Shown here: in pieces, positions 16,501-26,386 of the stretch | Layout of the letters: each line of letters opens with the position of its first letter | How positions within the stretch are numbered: the first letter of the stretch is position 1 | Assembly: GCA_964506575.1 (NCBI GenBank) | Contig: CAZDLY010000008.1 | Coordinates: forward strand, 20 to 64,019 | DNA from: an uncultured Akkermansia sp. | GTDB taxonomy: Bacteria > Verrucomicrobiota > Kiritimatiellia > RFP12 > JAAYNR01 | Direction of reading: 5' to 3' | Length of the DNA: 64,000 bases | Notes under the pieces: generated by a model | Databases searched by the model: none | Seen by the model: only the letters and a program-made list of their open reading frames with translations | What the model was told of the DNA's origin: nothing | Made by a program: the position numbers and the translations under genes

Positions 16501-18039
16501 TCAGACACCGAACATCTCAACCGAAGCGGCGACCGACTTTCCGGACGCCCTTCTGAGGCGGTCCATGATGGCCAGGCCTAATCCCGTCTCGGGCACCGTG
16601 TCTGCCACGATCTTGTCGAGACCCAGGGCATCCAGACGGTGAAGAGCGGCGAATAGACGGATCGCGGCCTCTCGCAAGTCCCCGTCACGGGAAAGCACTT
16701 CCACGGCAGCAAAACCGTCCATGCAATCCCATGGACGATACGCAAGGAGCCCGACCTTCGCACCCGGGGAAATCGCGTCACCCGGGGCGCCCAGGATGAT
16801 CGGCGTCCGCGGCGCATAGTGGCTGGGCGTTTGTCCCGGCGCCGAAGGACGGTCGGATGATGAGGCGTGATCGAGAGTGACCCCCATGACTCGTTCTATG
16901 TCCTCGCGCGCGAGTCCACCGGCCCGAAGAATGGCGGGACGCGGCCCGGCCAGCGACAAAACGGTGGATTCAACGCCCACCGCGCAGGGACCGCCATCCA
17001 GCACCATGTCAATGTGGTCGCCGAGATACCGGACCACGTGTTCTGCCGTTGTGGGGCTGACATATCCAAACGGATTCGCGCTTGGCGCCGCGATCGGCAT
17101 TCCGGTTCGCTGGATCAGTTCCAACGCGAGCGGATGCCTCGGCATGCGGACCGCGACGTTTGGAAGGCCTGCCGTGACCAGATCAGGCACCTGCGGCGCT
17201 TTGGGCAACACCAGCGTCAAGGGCCCCGGCCAGAATTGAGCGATCAGGGATTTGGCCACTGGCGGGACCGCTCCAACCAGAAGAGGCAACTGGTCGGTGC
17301 TACACACATGGACAATCAGAGGGTCAAAATACGGGCGTCCTTTGACTTCGAACACTCTGGCGACGGCCTTCTCGTCAAAAGCTGCCGCTCCCAGGCCATA
17401 CACGGTCTCGGTGGGGAATGCCACGATGCCGCCGTTTCGCAAGAGGCCCGCCGCGCGGTCGAGCGTGCCGGGATGGGAGTCCTCCCGCTTCTGCATCTCG
17501 CGAGACGCCAGGATCCAGTCGGTCGCCTCCCGGATGCCGGGGACAACCGTTGTCCGTGGGCGGAGTTCCGTCCGGTGCTTGGCGCCGTGTCCAGTCAACA
17601 CGTAGATCCCGGTGGCTCCGGCATTGTCAGCCAGCGCGACATCGTGCGGGTGGTCGCCCACGACAAACGACCGCGCGAGGTTCAGTCCGTACTCGCCGGC
17701 CGCCTGCTCCAGGAAGAACGGCCGCGGCTTGATGCAGGCGCACTGTTCTTCCCGCCGGTGCGGACAGCAATAGACCCCGGAAATGATCACCCCGTGCCGG
17801 CGCAATTCTGCAACAACATGCTCGTTGACCTGCTCCACCTCATTGGCGCGCACGAGCCCGGACGAGATGCCGGGTTGATGCGTAACGATAAACAGGAGGA
17901 AATGCTCCTGCAGCGTCACCAGAGCCCGGACGGTATCCGGGTAGAAGACAACCTCAGACGGCGTCCTGAGATGGCCGCGATCCTCGATGATCGTGCCGTC
18001 TCGATCGAGAAAAACGGCTGGTTTCAGATTCGAACTCAT
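16501..18039 (-). CDS. fusion protein: HAD-IIIA phosphatase (GmhB/histidinol-phosphatase-like) + L-threonylcarbamoyladenylate synthase (Sua5/TsaC with Sua5 C-domain)
   Basis: The N-terminal half has VFLDRDGTIIED and the Zn motif CCPHRREEQCACIKPRP (GmhB-type). The C-terminal half has GGIVAFPTETVYGLGAAAFDEKAVARVFEVKGRP plus a Sua5-type extension. Start chosen at MSSNLKP (18039). Confidence 0.8.
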   Translation of the reverse strand: MSSNLKPAVFLDRDGTIIEDRGHLRTPSEVVFYPDTVRALVTLQEHFLLFIVTHQPGISSGLVRANEVEQVNEHVVAELRRHGVIISGVYCCPHRREEQCACIKPRPFFLEQAAGEYGLNLARSFVVGDHPHDVALADNAGATGIYVLTGHGAKHRTELRPRTTVVPGIREATDWILASREMQKREDSHPGTLDRAAGLLRNGGIVAFPTETVYGLGAAAFDEKAVARVFEVKGRPYFDPLIVHVCSTDQLPLLVGAVPPVAKSLIAQFWPGPLTLVLPKAPQVPDLVTAGLPNVAVRMPRHPLALELIQRTGMPIAAPSANPFGYVSPTTAEHVVRYLGDHIDMVLDGGPCAVGVESTVLSLAGPRPAILRAGGLAREDIERVMGVTLDHASSSDRPSAPGQTPSHYAPRTPIILGAPGDAISPGAKVGLLAYRPWDCMDGFAAVEVLSRDGDLREAAIRLFAALHRLDALGLDKIVADTVPETGLGLAIMDRLRRASGKSVAASVEMFGV

Positions 18040-18080
18040 CGCTGGTGGCGTCGATGGGCGCTTTCCGGTCCTGGGGTTTG

Positions 18081-18977
18081 CTATTCGGTTGTTCCGTTCT
18101 GCGTCAGCAAGCGGAGAGCCTCGCGGTACTTGGCCGTCGTCTCCTGGACAACCTTCTCGGGCAGCTGCGGAGCCGGCGGCTTCTTTTCCCATCCGATGCT
18201 GTTCAGGTAGTCCCGGACGTACTGCTTGTCAAAGCTGGGCTGTCCCTTTCCGACGACGTACCGGCTCGCGGGCCAGAATCGCGAAGAGTCCGGCGTCAGC
18301 ACTTCATCGATCAGCGTGAGTTTCCCCTGCACGAGACCAAACTCAAACTTCGTGTCGGCGATGATGATGCCGCGAGTGCGCGCATACTCAGCCGCCGCGA
18401 CATACAGCCGTAAACTCACGCGGCGGATCTCTTCGGCGATCTGCGGCCCTACAATTCCGACCGTATTCTCGAACGATATGTTTTCGTCATGGGCGCCGTC
18501 GGGCGCCTTGGTGGACGGCGTATAGACCGGATCAGGCAGTTTCTCCGATTCCCTGAGCCCGGCCGGAAGCCGGATTCCGCAAACCGTGCCGCTGCGCTGG
18601 TATTCCACCCAGGCCGAGCCGCTCAGGTATCCCCGGACAATGGCTTCCACAGGCAAGGCATCGGCCTTATCCACCACCATCGTGCGCCCCTGCAAATCCC
18701 GCCTGTCCTTCGCGTTCGTGATCGCGGCGGGCACGTCCGTGGACCGAAGATGATTGCGAACGATGTTCCGCGTCAGACCGAACCACATCTTCGACATTTC
18801 CGTGAGCACCACTCCCTTGCCGGGAATCGGCGTGGGCAGCACCACGTCGAAGCAGGAGATGCGGTCGGTGGCCGCAATCAGCAGCGCATCCCCCATGTCG
18901 TACACGTCGCGAACCTTGCCCCGCTTCAACAAGGGAATATTCTCGATGGTTGTTCTGACTACCGTATGCGTCGTCAT
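18081..18977 (-). CDS. purC: phosphoribosylaminoimidazole-succinocarboxamide synthase
   Basis: KRGKVRDVYDMGDALLIAATDRISCFDVVLPTPIPGKG and ADTKFEFG motifs are present. Start chosen at MTTHTV. Confidence 0.92.
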   Translation of the reverse strand: MTTHTVVRTTIENIPLLKRGKVRDVYDMGDALLIAATDRISCFDVVLPTPIPGKGVVLTEMSKMWFGLTRNIVRNHLRSTDVPAAITNAKDRRDLQGRTMVVDKADALPVEAIVRGYLSGSAWVEYQRSGTVCGIRLPAGLRESEKLPDPVYTPSTKAPDGAHDENISFENTVGIVGPQIAEEIRRVSLRLYVAAAEYARTRGIIIADTKFEFGLVQGKLTLIDEVLTPDSSRFWPASRYVVGKGQPSFDKQYVRDYLNSIGWEKKPPAPQLPEKVVQETTAKYREALRLLTQNGTTE

Positions 18978-19014
18978 GTGTCTCCGTCTCCTTTCGTTGG
19001 TTCGGTTCGCCTTC

Positions 19015-20361
19015 CTACTCCTCAAACGCCGAATCCGGCACGGTCGGCCCGCCGCCCGGTTCCGCGGCCATCTCACAGGCGCACTGGAACATCCGCTCGA
19101 ACAGGTCGGAAATGTCCTTCTCTTCAATGCACGAGAACGCCACCCGGATGTCGGTTGGCGCGGTGGCGATGACGCCGATGCCGCAACGGTTCAGAAGCCG
19201 CAGGCGGTACGCCTCCGCGTTGAGTGTCTTCAGACGCAGGCACATGAAGTAGCCGGAATTGAAGGGATACGGCGTCCACGCCGACACGTACTTCGCTCCC
19301 GCCAGGACGTCCTTCACGCGCGCGGCCCTCGCGCGCAGCACCTCGAACTTCGCCTTTTTTTCCACCGCATAGGCCGGGTCGTTCATGGCGCCGAGAAGGA
19401 TGCTCTGCGAGGCGAGCGAGCAGTTGGAAATGGTTCCACGAATGCAGCCTGCCGTTTTCTTTTCCAGAGCGTCGTGAACCGGCGCCCCGCCTGCTGCCGC
19501 AAATGTGATGAACGCCACGCGCAGGCCCCAGACGAAGTCTTCCTTGGTCGCGCCGTCCAGCTTGATCGGAAGCAGCCGAGGGTGCTTGCCGGCCAGCCGT
19601 GCGAAGACGGATTCGCGCATGACTTCCGGCTCGTAGAAGAGCCCGAAGTAGGCATCGTCGCACACGACCACCACACGGCATCCGCTCTCCGCCGCCGTAA
19701 CCAAGGCGTTACAGAGGGCCTCCGCTTCGGTTTCGGTCGGGGCATAGCCGGTGGGGTTGTTCGGGAAGTTGAGCAGGACAACCAGCTTCCCGCGCTTCGA
19801 CTCCGCGGCAACGGCGGCGGCAAAGCCGGCGGTATCAAGTCCGCCAGAGGCGGAAAAGAAGGGGTACTTCGCCATGCGCGCCTCGCGGCGGACCTTGAAG
19901 ACCATGTTGTAGTTGCCCCAGACCTGGTCCGGGATCAGCACGGTGTCGCCCGCGTTGACGAACAGGTCCGCCACCAGGCTCAGACCATGCGTCACCCCGC
20001 TGGTCACGACCGGCAGGCTGATCGCCTGCCCGGCCAGAGACGGGTTGACCGCCTGAATGTGTTCCCGCCATTTCGTCCTCAGCGCCGGAAGCCCGAACGA
20101 CGGCGCATAGGGCAGCGCGTCGTCCGGCGAGAGCGAGGCGAACCGCCGCATGACGCTCGGAAGATGCATCGCCTGATTGCCTTCCCTGGCAATGCCGATC
20201 GTGGCGTTGTAGCGGTTCGCCTTTTGCTTGGCCTCCGCCGACTGCGTCAGAATGCCCTTGGGGAAGTACAACTCGCGCCCCAGGCCCGAGAGCATCCCGG
20301 AGATGCCCGGCGCCTCCTTCTGGATCGCGTGATTCAACTCGATGGCCAATGTCGTTGCCAT
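19015..20361 (-). CDS. PLP-dependent aminotransferase, class I/II fold
   Basis: NFPNNPTGY motif and a candidate PLP-lysine region (DGATKEDFVWGLRVAF) are present. About 448 aa. A GGAGGAG RBS precedes the ATG at 20361. Substrate not assignable by eye. Confidence 0.8.
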   Translation of the reverse strand: MATTLAIELNHAIQKEAPGISGMLSGLGRELYFPKGILTQSAEAKQKANRYNATIGIAREGNQAMHLPSVMRRFASLSPDDALPYAPSFGLPALRTKWREHIQAVNPSLAGQAISLPVVTSGVTHGLSLVADLFVNAGDTVLIPDQVWGNYNMVFKVRREARMAKYPFFSASGGLDTAGFAAAVAAESKRGKLVVLLNFPNNPTGYAPTETEAEALCNALVTAAESGCRVVVVCDDAYFGLFYEPEVMRESVFARLAGKHPRLLPIKLDGATKEDFVWGLRVAFITFAAAGGAPVHDALEKKTAGCIRGTISNCSLASQSILLGAMNDPAYAVEKKAKFEVLRARAARVKDVLAGAKYVSAWTPYPFNSGYFMCLRLKTLNAEAYRLRLLNRCGIGVIATAPTDIRVAFSCIEEKDISDLFERMFQCACEMAAEPGGGPTVPDSAFEE

Positions 20362-20518
20362 ATCTCCGGCAGCTCCTCCATTCTTCCGTTTGATTCCTCT
20401 GGATGGCAGAAACGGACGGCGTTGCAGCAGGGCCGCCGGGAGGCGGCGGCAGACCGCCGTGCCCCCGGAAGCCGTGCGCAGCACGCTTTCCCCGCGCCTG
20501 CGTCGTCCGCGCCGGCCA

Positions 20519-22324
20519 TCACAAACCGACGCGTTTTTTCAATCCGGCAAGCTGCGCCTTCATCCGGGCCGGCAGACGGGCTCCGGCGGTGTTGAGATAG
20601 GCCTCGATCTCCGGCACCTCGCCCTTCCAGCCGTCCACGTCGATGCGCAGCAGTTCGGCCATCTCGGTCTCGCTGATCTTCAGGCCGCCGACGTCCAGAT
20701 CGCCGGCCTTCGGCACATAGCCGACCGGTGTCTCGACCGCGCCGACCTTGCCTTCGACACGCTCGCACATCCACTTCAAGACGCGGCAGTTCTCGCCGAA
20801 GCCCGGCCACAGCCACTTGCCGTCGGCAGATTTGCGGAACCAGTTCGCATAGAAAATCTTCGGAGCTTTGGCTCCGAGTTTGTCGCCCATGTTGAACCAG
20901 TGCTGCCAGTAATCGCCGATGTGGTAGCCGCAGAAGGGGAGCATGGCCATCGGATCGCGGCGGATGGCCTTCTTGGCATCCAGCGCCGCCGCCGTGGCTT
21001 CGGAGGCGGCCGTGGCACCCATGTAGACGCCGTGATCCCAGTCGAAGGACTGGCTGACCAGCGGCACCAGCTTGGAGCGGCGGCCGCCGAAGATGAAGAT
21101 GTCGATCGGCACGCCGTTGGGGTCTTCCCAGTCGGGGCAGATGACCGGGCACTGCTTCGCCGGGGCGGTGAAACGGGCGTTGGGATGGGCGCCCAATACA
21201 GGCTTGCCATCGGCGTCCTTCTTGTCCGGCGTCCAGTCGTTGCCCTTCCAGTCGATGCCGTGCTTGCACTCCTTCGCCATGCCCTCCCACCAGATGTCGC
21301 CGTCATCGGTCAGCACGCAGTTGGTAAAGATGGAGTTTTCCTTGATGCTCTCCATGGCCATCGGGTTGGAGGCGTAGCTCGTGCCCGGACACACGCCGAA
21401 GAATCCGGATTCCGGATTGATGGCGTGCAGGCGGCCGTCGGGGCGGATCTTCATCCAGGCGATGTCGTCGCCGATGCACTCGCATTTCCAGCCGGGGATG
21501 GAGGGCTGAAGCATGGCGAGGTTGGTCTTGCCGCAGGCGCTGGGGAAGGCGGCGGCGATGTGGAAGCGCTTCCCCTGCGGATTGGTCAGGCGCAGGATCA
21601 GCATATGCTCGGCCATCCAGCCCTCGCGGCGGGCCATCGTGGAGGCGATGCGCAGCGCCAGGCACTTCTTGCCGAGCAGCGCGTTGCCGCCGTAACCGGA
21701 CCCGAAGGACCAGATCAGGTTCTCTTCCGGGAAATGCGCGATGTACTTCTTCTCGATCGGGGCGCACGGCCAGGTGACGTCCTTCTGGCCGGGCTGCAGC
21801 GGCGCGCCTACGGAGTGCAGGCAGGGGATGAACTCGCCGTTCGCGCCGAGCGCTTCGATGACCTTGTCGCCCACGCGCGTCATGATGTGCATGTTCACCA
21901 CGACATACGGCGACTCGGTGAGTTCGATGCCGATCTTCGAGATCGGCGAACCGATGGGGCCCATGCTGAAGGGGATCACGTACATCGTCCGGCCCTTCAT
22001 GCATCCCTTGTAAAGCCCGCGCAGGGTCTCTTTCAGCCCGACCGGGTCGATCCAGTTGTTGGTCGGGCCGGCTTCGTCCTGCGTCACGGACGCAATGTAG
22101 GTCCGGTCCTCGACGCGCGCCACGTCGCTGGGGTGGCTGCGGAACAGGTAGCTGTTCGGCCTTTTCTTCAACGGCGTCGCCGCGCCGGCGTCGACCATGA
22201 TCTTGATCATGGCGTCGTATTCGGCCTGCGAGCCGTCACACCAGACGACCGAGTCCGGCGTGACCATCTCCTGAACTTCCTTGACCCATTGGACCAGCTT
22301 CTTGTTCTTACATGTGATTGCCAT
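20519..22324 (-). CDS. pckG: phosphoenolpyruvate carboxykinase (GTP)
   Basis: About 601 aa with typical GTP-PEPCK blocks ([38 protein letters not shown]). Start at MAITCKN. Confidence 0.93.
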   Translation of the reverse strand: MAITCKNKKLVQWVKEVQEMVTPDSVVWCDGSQAEYDAMIKIMVDAGAATPLKKRPNSYLFRSHPSDVARVEDRTYIASVTQDEAGPTNNWIDPVGLKETLRGLYKGCMKGRTMYVIPFSMGPIGSPISKIGIELTESPYVVVNMHIMTRVGDKVIEALGANGEFIPCLHSVGAPLQPGQKDVTWPCAPIEKKYIAHFPEENLIWSFGSGYGGNALLGKKCLALRIASTMARREGWMAEHMLILRLTNPQGKRFHIAAAFPSACGKTNLAMLQPSIPGWKCECIGDDIAWMKIRPDGRLHAINPESGFFGVCPGTSYASNPMAMESIKENSIFTNCVLTDDGDIWWEGMAKECKHGIDWKGNDWTPDKKDADGKPVLGAHPNARFTAPAKQCPVICPDWEDPNGVPIDIFIFGGRRSKLVPLVSQSFDWDHGVYMGATAASEATAAALDAKKAIRRDPMAMLPFCGYHIGDYWQHWFNMGDKLGAKAPKIFYANWFRKSADGKWLWPGFGENCRVLKWMCERVEGKVGAVETPVGYVPKAGDLDVGGLKISETEMAELLRIDVDGWKGEVPEIEAYLNTAGARLPARMKAQLAGLKKRVGL

Positions 22325-22365
22325 TGTGTACCTGCCTTTCGTTCTGTAGCCTGCCCGTTCCTTTA

Positions 22366-22409
22366 AAACAAAAAACCGGCACAGAGTTCCTCTCGGACCT
22401 CCGTACCGG
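22366..22409 (-). terminator. intrinsic terminator candidate (end of the long minus-strand operon / pckG leader)
   Basis: On the minus strand, the imperfect hairpin CCGGTACGGAG...CTCTGTGCCGG is followed by TTTTTTGTTTT. It lies about 200 nt downstream of the LarA remnant and about 40 nt upstream of the pckG ATG. Confidence 0.5.
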
Positions 22410-22609
22410 CCTGTTCGCACCCGACGGACCTGCCCGTCGTGTGCTCTCCTGCCTGCGTTGCGCGCACTGTTTACCAGATTGATCGAACCCTGTCAAGCAC
22501 GATTGGAGCGTTCGTCCGGTCGGTGAGGTCGTCGACGATATCCGGTCCCTGCGTGGCGGCGCCTTCGCGTTTCACGACCTGAATCTGACCGATGCACACA
22601 TTTGTCTGG

Positions 22610-22882
22610 TCATTGCCTTATCTTGGGATGACGGGCAAAGAAAAGATAGGAGGGGGCGCGGGTGATGCCGGTAAACACAATGCAGGCGCGATCACCCGGG
22701 TGGGCCAGTTCACGCAGCGGCGGCGTCCCAATCGGGTGATCCAGCGCTTCCCTTATGGCGGCTTCGACATTCTGCAAGGGTTTCGCCTCCTGCGAGACGG
22801 CGACGGCCACCTGCATTGTCGAAGGCAGGGAAAATTCAAGGTGGGATTTGCCATAGGGGATTTTGTAGGTCTGATTCTTCAT
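22610..22882 (-). pseudogene. truncated N-terminal fragment of a LarA-type (DUF2088) lactate racemase-like gene
   Basis: The 90 aa MKNQTYKIPYGKSHLEFSLP...IREALDHPIGTPPLRELAHPGDRACIVFTGITRA follow the LarA N-terminal pattern up to the (S/T)D(I/V)TRP block and then stop. Full-length LarA is about 420 aa. Confidence 0.55.
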
Positions 22883-25419
22883 TTTTTTTCTTTGGAAATA
22901 AGGAACCCATCAATTTCATGTCCAGCCCGCATGCCCTCCGCCACACATTGCGACACAGAGGCGCCACCGTTGATCACGCCGCCACCGGCAAAGACTCCGG
23001 GCAACCCGCAGGCGAACGAGGCGCCTTCAGCCGTTTTGACCAGGCCCTTCTCGGTGAACGAACACGCCTTGAGAGCCGATGCCAGTGATGCTTCGAGGCC
23101 CAACCCCATGGCCTCAATGACGAGCGTGGATGCAAGCATTGTTTCAGGCATTGACGCCGCTTCAAGGGAGTCCCCCCAACATCTGCGAATGCGCAGCCCC
23201 GTCACCTGGCCGTCGGCATCCACGCGATATCCCAGAGGGCGGGTCATGGTCAGAAAATGGACCCCTTCCGTGCGGAACCACGAATCGTCCATGTGCCAAT
23301 GCATCTCGGAGAGTGGCCCGGCATAGACAATCAGCAATTCGCGCGCGCCCCTTTCGAGAGCGACCCTTGCGCTGTCCATCGCGCTGTCGCCGCCCGCCAA
23401 CAGAATCACCCGTCCGCACAGCGTTCTGACACGGCCGGCTTTGGCCTGGGAGAGAAAATCCAATCCCGCGACAACCCCCGTCGCCGCTCCCAGCGATTGC
23501 TCGCCCCAGACTCCCGTCGCCAGAAACAGAGCATCGTGGCCGCGCCGCATCTCATCCAGCGTCAGGTCCCGTCCCAGCGCAACACCGTACTGGATCACCA
23601 GGCGGGCCTGGCGCAAGGCAGGCATCAGGATGGCTTCCGCCTCGGCATGGGCACCAGGAAAACGGCTTGAGGGAATGACCTGTTCGGGGGTTCCACCCAG
23701 ACGCGAGGCGCGTTCGAAAAGCACGACCTGATGACCCTGCTCCAGCAGGGTCGCCGCACAGGATAGGCCTGCGGGGCCAGCCCCGACAACAGCGACTTTC
23801 TTACCGCTATCGCACGCGGGCACGCGGATGCCCGTCAGACCGTTCCGGCGGGCTTCCCAGGACACGACGTATTGGATGTCGTGGATGGGTATCGGGGCGC
23901 CATCCAGCGTGCCGGCGACGCACCGGCCTTCACAGAGCGCTCCAACCGGGCACAGGTGCGAACACATCTCCGACAGGGCATTCGCCTGGCGGAGGATGTC
24001 ATACGCCACCCCGGTCTCCCCCTCCGCGAAAGCTCTGAGAAATGCGGGAACATCAATTCGCGTCGGACACCCCGCGCGACAGGGCGCCGGCTCGCAGCCA
24101 CGGCAGCGTCTGGCCTCCTCCTTCAGGTTGTCCTGCGCAAAATGACGGCGGCTTCGATATTCCCCGCTGTAGAACGCACCGTCCCTAATCGCGCACCCCG
24201 CATGCCCGCCGTCCTTCATCAGCTGGACACAGGCATCACAATTGATACAGCAGTCATCCGGCTCCATTCTCCCATTCTGGAGCAGGTCCCCTGCCAGTGA
24301 AGGATAGGCCAGCGCGGCACGTCCGACGCCAATCAATGTCGCACCGCCCCCCTGCAGCACGCCTGCTGCCACATGGGGAAGAAAATGCCTGAACCAACTG
24401 AATCCGCCGACGACCACCGCAACCCCGGGCAGCGCCCTCTGCACGGTCCGTGCAACCTCCGCCACCCGCACAAAGCTCTCCAGCGGATGCGCGTTTACCC
24501 CGGATGACAGCGTGGCTTCCGCGAGAGCCGAAAGATTGAGCAAGTTCACTCCCGCCGCCTGCAGGCTCAGAGCCAGTTCCACAGGTTCAGTGGAATCCAT
24601 CCAGGCCGGATCGACAGAGATTCGTGAAGCCAGGAGCCTTCCGGGATGCGCTGCGCTGAGCTTGGCGATCACCTCACGGAGAAAACGACTCCTGTTCTTC
24701 AGGGAACCTCCATAGCGGCCCGGTCGCGTGACCGCACACAGCAGTTCTGCCGGCAGGTCATGGTAACAGGCTTTAATGTCTACGCCGTCGAACCCCGCGT
24801 CCATCGCCAGGCGGCCTGCGTTGACAAACGTTTCCTGAAGCGCATCCAGGTAATCATCGGACACCACAGACGAATCCGACGGGCTTCCCGCTTGCGGATC
24901 GCGGGTGGCGATCAGGGGCGCGGCCTCGCCCTGCGGGCGGCAGTAACGCCCGGCATGGGCCAACTGAAGGATCACGATGATTTCATGTCCCCGGCGACGA
25001 CGGGCTGTCGCTCGGATCTCCCGGACCAGTTCGGCAAAGGCATTGAGATTTTTCCGGTTCATCCACAACTGCCGCGGATTCGAGCGGCCAGGCCCATCAA
25101 CGGCGGCAGCCTCCAACCAAATCAGTCCAAAGCCACCCTCCGCATAGCGCCGGTAACGCCGGACGGTCAGCTCCCCGGGGGCGCCGCCTTCGTCGGCGTC
25201 GCATCCCTCCATGGGCTGGACGCAGAGCCGGTTGGGGATGTTCAGTCCATTGATCAAAACGGGTTCGCCCAGCACAGCGACATCCCTGGAGACGGGCAGT
25301 TCCATCCTCAGGCGGCTGGCTTCCTCACACAGCTCGTTCAGCGTCCGAATCCGAAACGGTTCAAATGGTGTCGCTTGGGTTTTCACGGTTTCGGCTTTTT
25401 CCGGCATCTCGTCGCTCAC
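22879..25419 (-). CDS. fusion flavoprotein: OYE-like NADH:flavin oxidoreductase TIM barrel + Fe-S linker + GltD/DPD-like FAD/NAD(P) oxidoreductase
   Basis: The N-terminal part has an OYE pattern (LNIPNRLCVQPMEG..., QLAHAGR). The middle has a Cys-rich GltD-type Fer4 region (CRGCEPAPCRAGCP...CSHLCPVGALCEGRC). A Rossmann motif KKVAVVGAGPAGLSCA follows. 846 aa. Confidence 0.8.
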   Translation of the reverse strand: MSDEMPEKAETVKTQATPFEPFRIRTLNELCEEASRLRMELPVSRDVAVLGEPVLINGLNIPNRLCVQPMEGCDADEGGAPGELTVRRYRRYAEGGFGLIWLEAAAVDGPGRSNPRQLWMNRKNLNAFAELVREIRATARRRRGHEIIVILQLAHAGRYCRPQGEAAPLIATRDPQAGSPSDSSVVSDDYLDALQETFVNAGRLAMDAGFDGVDIKACYHDLPAELLCAVTRPGRYGGSLKNRSRFLREVIAKLSAAHPGRLLASRISVDPAWMDSTEPVELALSLQAAGVNLLNLSALAEATLSSGVNAHPLESFVRVAEVARTVQRALPGVAVVVGGFSWFRHFLPHVAAGVLQGGGATLIGVGRAALAYPSLAGDLLQNGRMEPDDCCINCDACVQLMKDGGHAGCAIRDGAFYSGEYRSRRHFAQDNLKEEARRCRGCEPAPCRAGCPTRIDVPAFLRAFAEGETGVAYDILRQANALSEMCSHLCPVGALCEGRCVAGTLDGAPIPIHDIQYVVSWEARRNGLTGIRVPACDSGKKVAVVGAGPAGLSCAATLLEQGHQVVLFERASRLGGTPEQVIPSSRFPGAHAEAEAILMPALRQARLVIQYGVALGRDLTLDEMRRGHDALFLATGVWGEQSLGAATGVVAGLDFLSQAKAGRVRTLCGRVILLAGGDSAMDSARVALERGARELLIVYAGPLSEMHWHMDDSWFRTEGVHFLTMTRPLGYRVDADGQVTGLRIRRCWGDSLEAASMPETMLASTLVIEAMGLGLEASLASALKACSFTEKGLVKTAEGASFACGLPGVFAGGGVINGGASVSQCVAEGMRAGHEIDGFLISKEKK

Positions 25420-26375
25420 TTTGAGATTGAGCTTGGGGCGGATTCCGCGTCACGCCCCCCCTCCGCTTTTCCGGTCGCCGCAAGATAGATGACAAACTCC
25501 TCTTTCCCGTCAAGGCCGAGCAAGGCGTCCATGCGGGCCTGGTCATAACCCAGGACCGCGCATACCCCACCCTGGATGGATTCCGCGGCGAGGTAAAGAT
25601 TCTGGCAGAGGTGTCCGGCCTCGATGGCGATGAGCTTTTGCGCGATACTGCCGTAGTGCCATTCGGTCCGGACAGGAATCGCGGCCCAGACAAAGACCAC
25701 CGCCGAACGGCCAATGAAGGACTGTCCGTAGCAGGAAGCCATAGCCTGCGTATGGAGTGTCGCATCCTCCTTGATCAACAACAGTTGATGTTCCAACGGG
25801 AGGTAGCGATATAATCCGGGGGCGACACCCGCGACCCGGCTGATAATCAGGTAAGTCTCAAAGGGATGCCTGGCACCGCCTGAGGGGACCGTCCGGAATT
25901 GCGTAACAGGCTTCCCGTTCTCGTCCCGGTCAACCCTGGTAATACCCTGCGTGGCCCAGAGCAGAAAACTCAGTTCTTCGAGAGAGAACGGCGCCGACGT
26001 ATAGTTCCGTCTGCTGCACCGGTTACGGATAGCGTCCTTCACGCTGACCGTGCCGACCTTGAATTCAGAGGGGGCGACCAGGTCTAGCCGTTTTGCCTCC
26101 GCCGGATAAGGTTTCTGTGCGGGCGGGGGTTGCAGGCCCCGACGGTCATCGGTATCCGTCCGCCAATCGGATAACGTTCCCCGCAGAAAAGCGCGGCGCT
26201 GTTCGAGTGGCAGCGCATCAACACCCCGGATCGGTTCGCGAGGCACGGCCATCGCTGGATCGGCACGGGAGGTCAAAGGCAGGGCTGTCAGGAGAAGCAG
26301 AAGCACGAGGGCCATCAACGTGAAGGGCCCGTCTCCAGAACCAACGCGCGAACGCTTTTGACAGGGGATCATCAC
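25416..26375 (-). CDS. SagB/ThcOx-type nitroreductase-family dehydrogenase with N-terminal signal/TM segment
   Basis: RCSRRNYTSAPFSLEELSFLLWATQGI...TVPSGGARHPFETYLI...GLYRYLP matches the SagB-type dehydrogenase signature. A hydrophobic N-terminus is present (FTLMALVLLLLLTALPLTSRA). Confidence 0.7.
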   Translation of the reverse strand: MMIPCQKRSRVGSGDGPFTLMALVLLLLLTALPLTSRADPAMAVPREPIRGVDALPLEQRRAFLRGTLSDWRTDTDDRRGLQPPPAQKPYPAEAKRLDLVAPSEFKVGTVSVKDAIRNRCSRRNYTSAPFSLEELSFLLWATQGITRVDRDENGKPVTQFRTVPSGGARHPFETYLIISRVAGVAPGLYRYLPLEHQLLLIKEDATLHTQAMASCYGQSFIGRSAVVFVWAAIPVRTEWHYGSIAQKLIAIEAGHLCQNLYLAAESIQGGVCAVLGYDQARMDALLGLDGKEEFVIYLAATGKAEGGRDAESAPSSISK

Positions 26376-26386
26376 ACAACCTCTGC

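Noticed and set aside
22421-22609. A possible C-terminal LarA remnant in the spacer after the truncated LarA fragment (a minus-strand frame reads ...[40 protein letters not shown]).
   Set aside because: I cannot match this text to any LarA C-terminal motif from memory. Without a search it stays unsupported.
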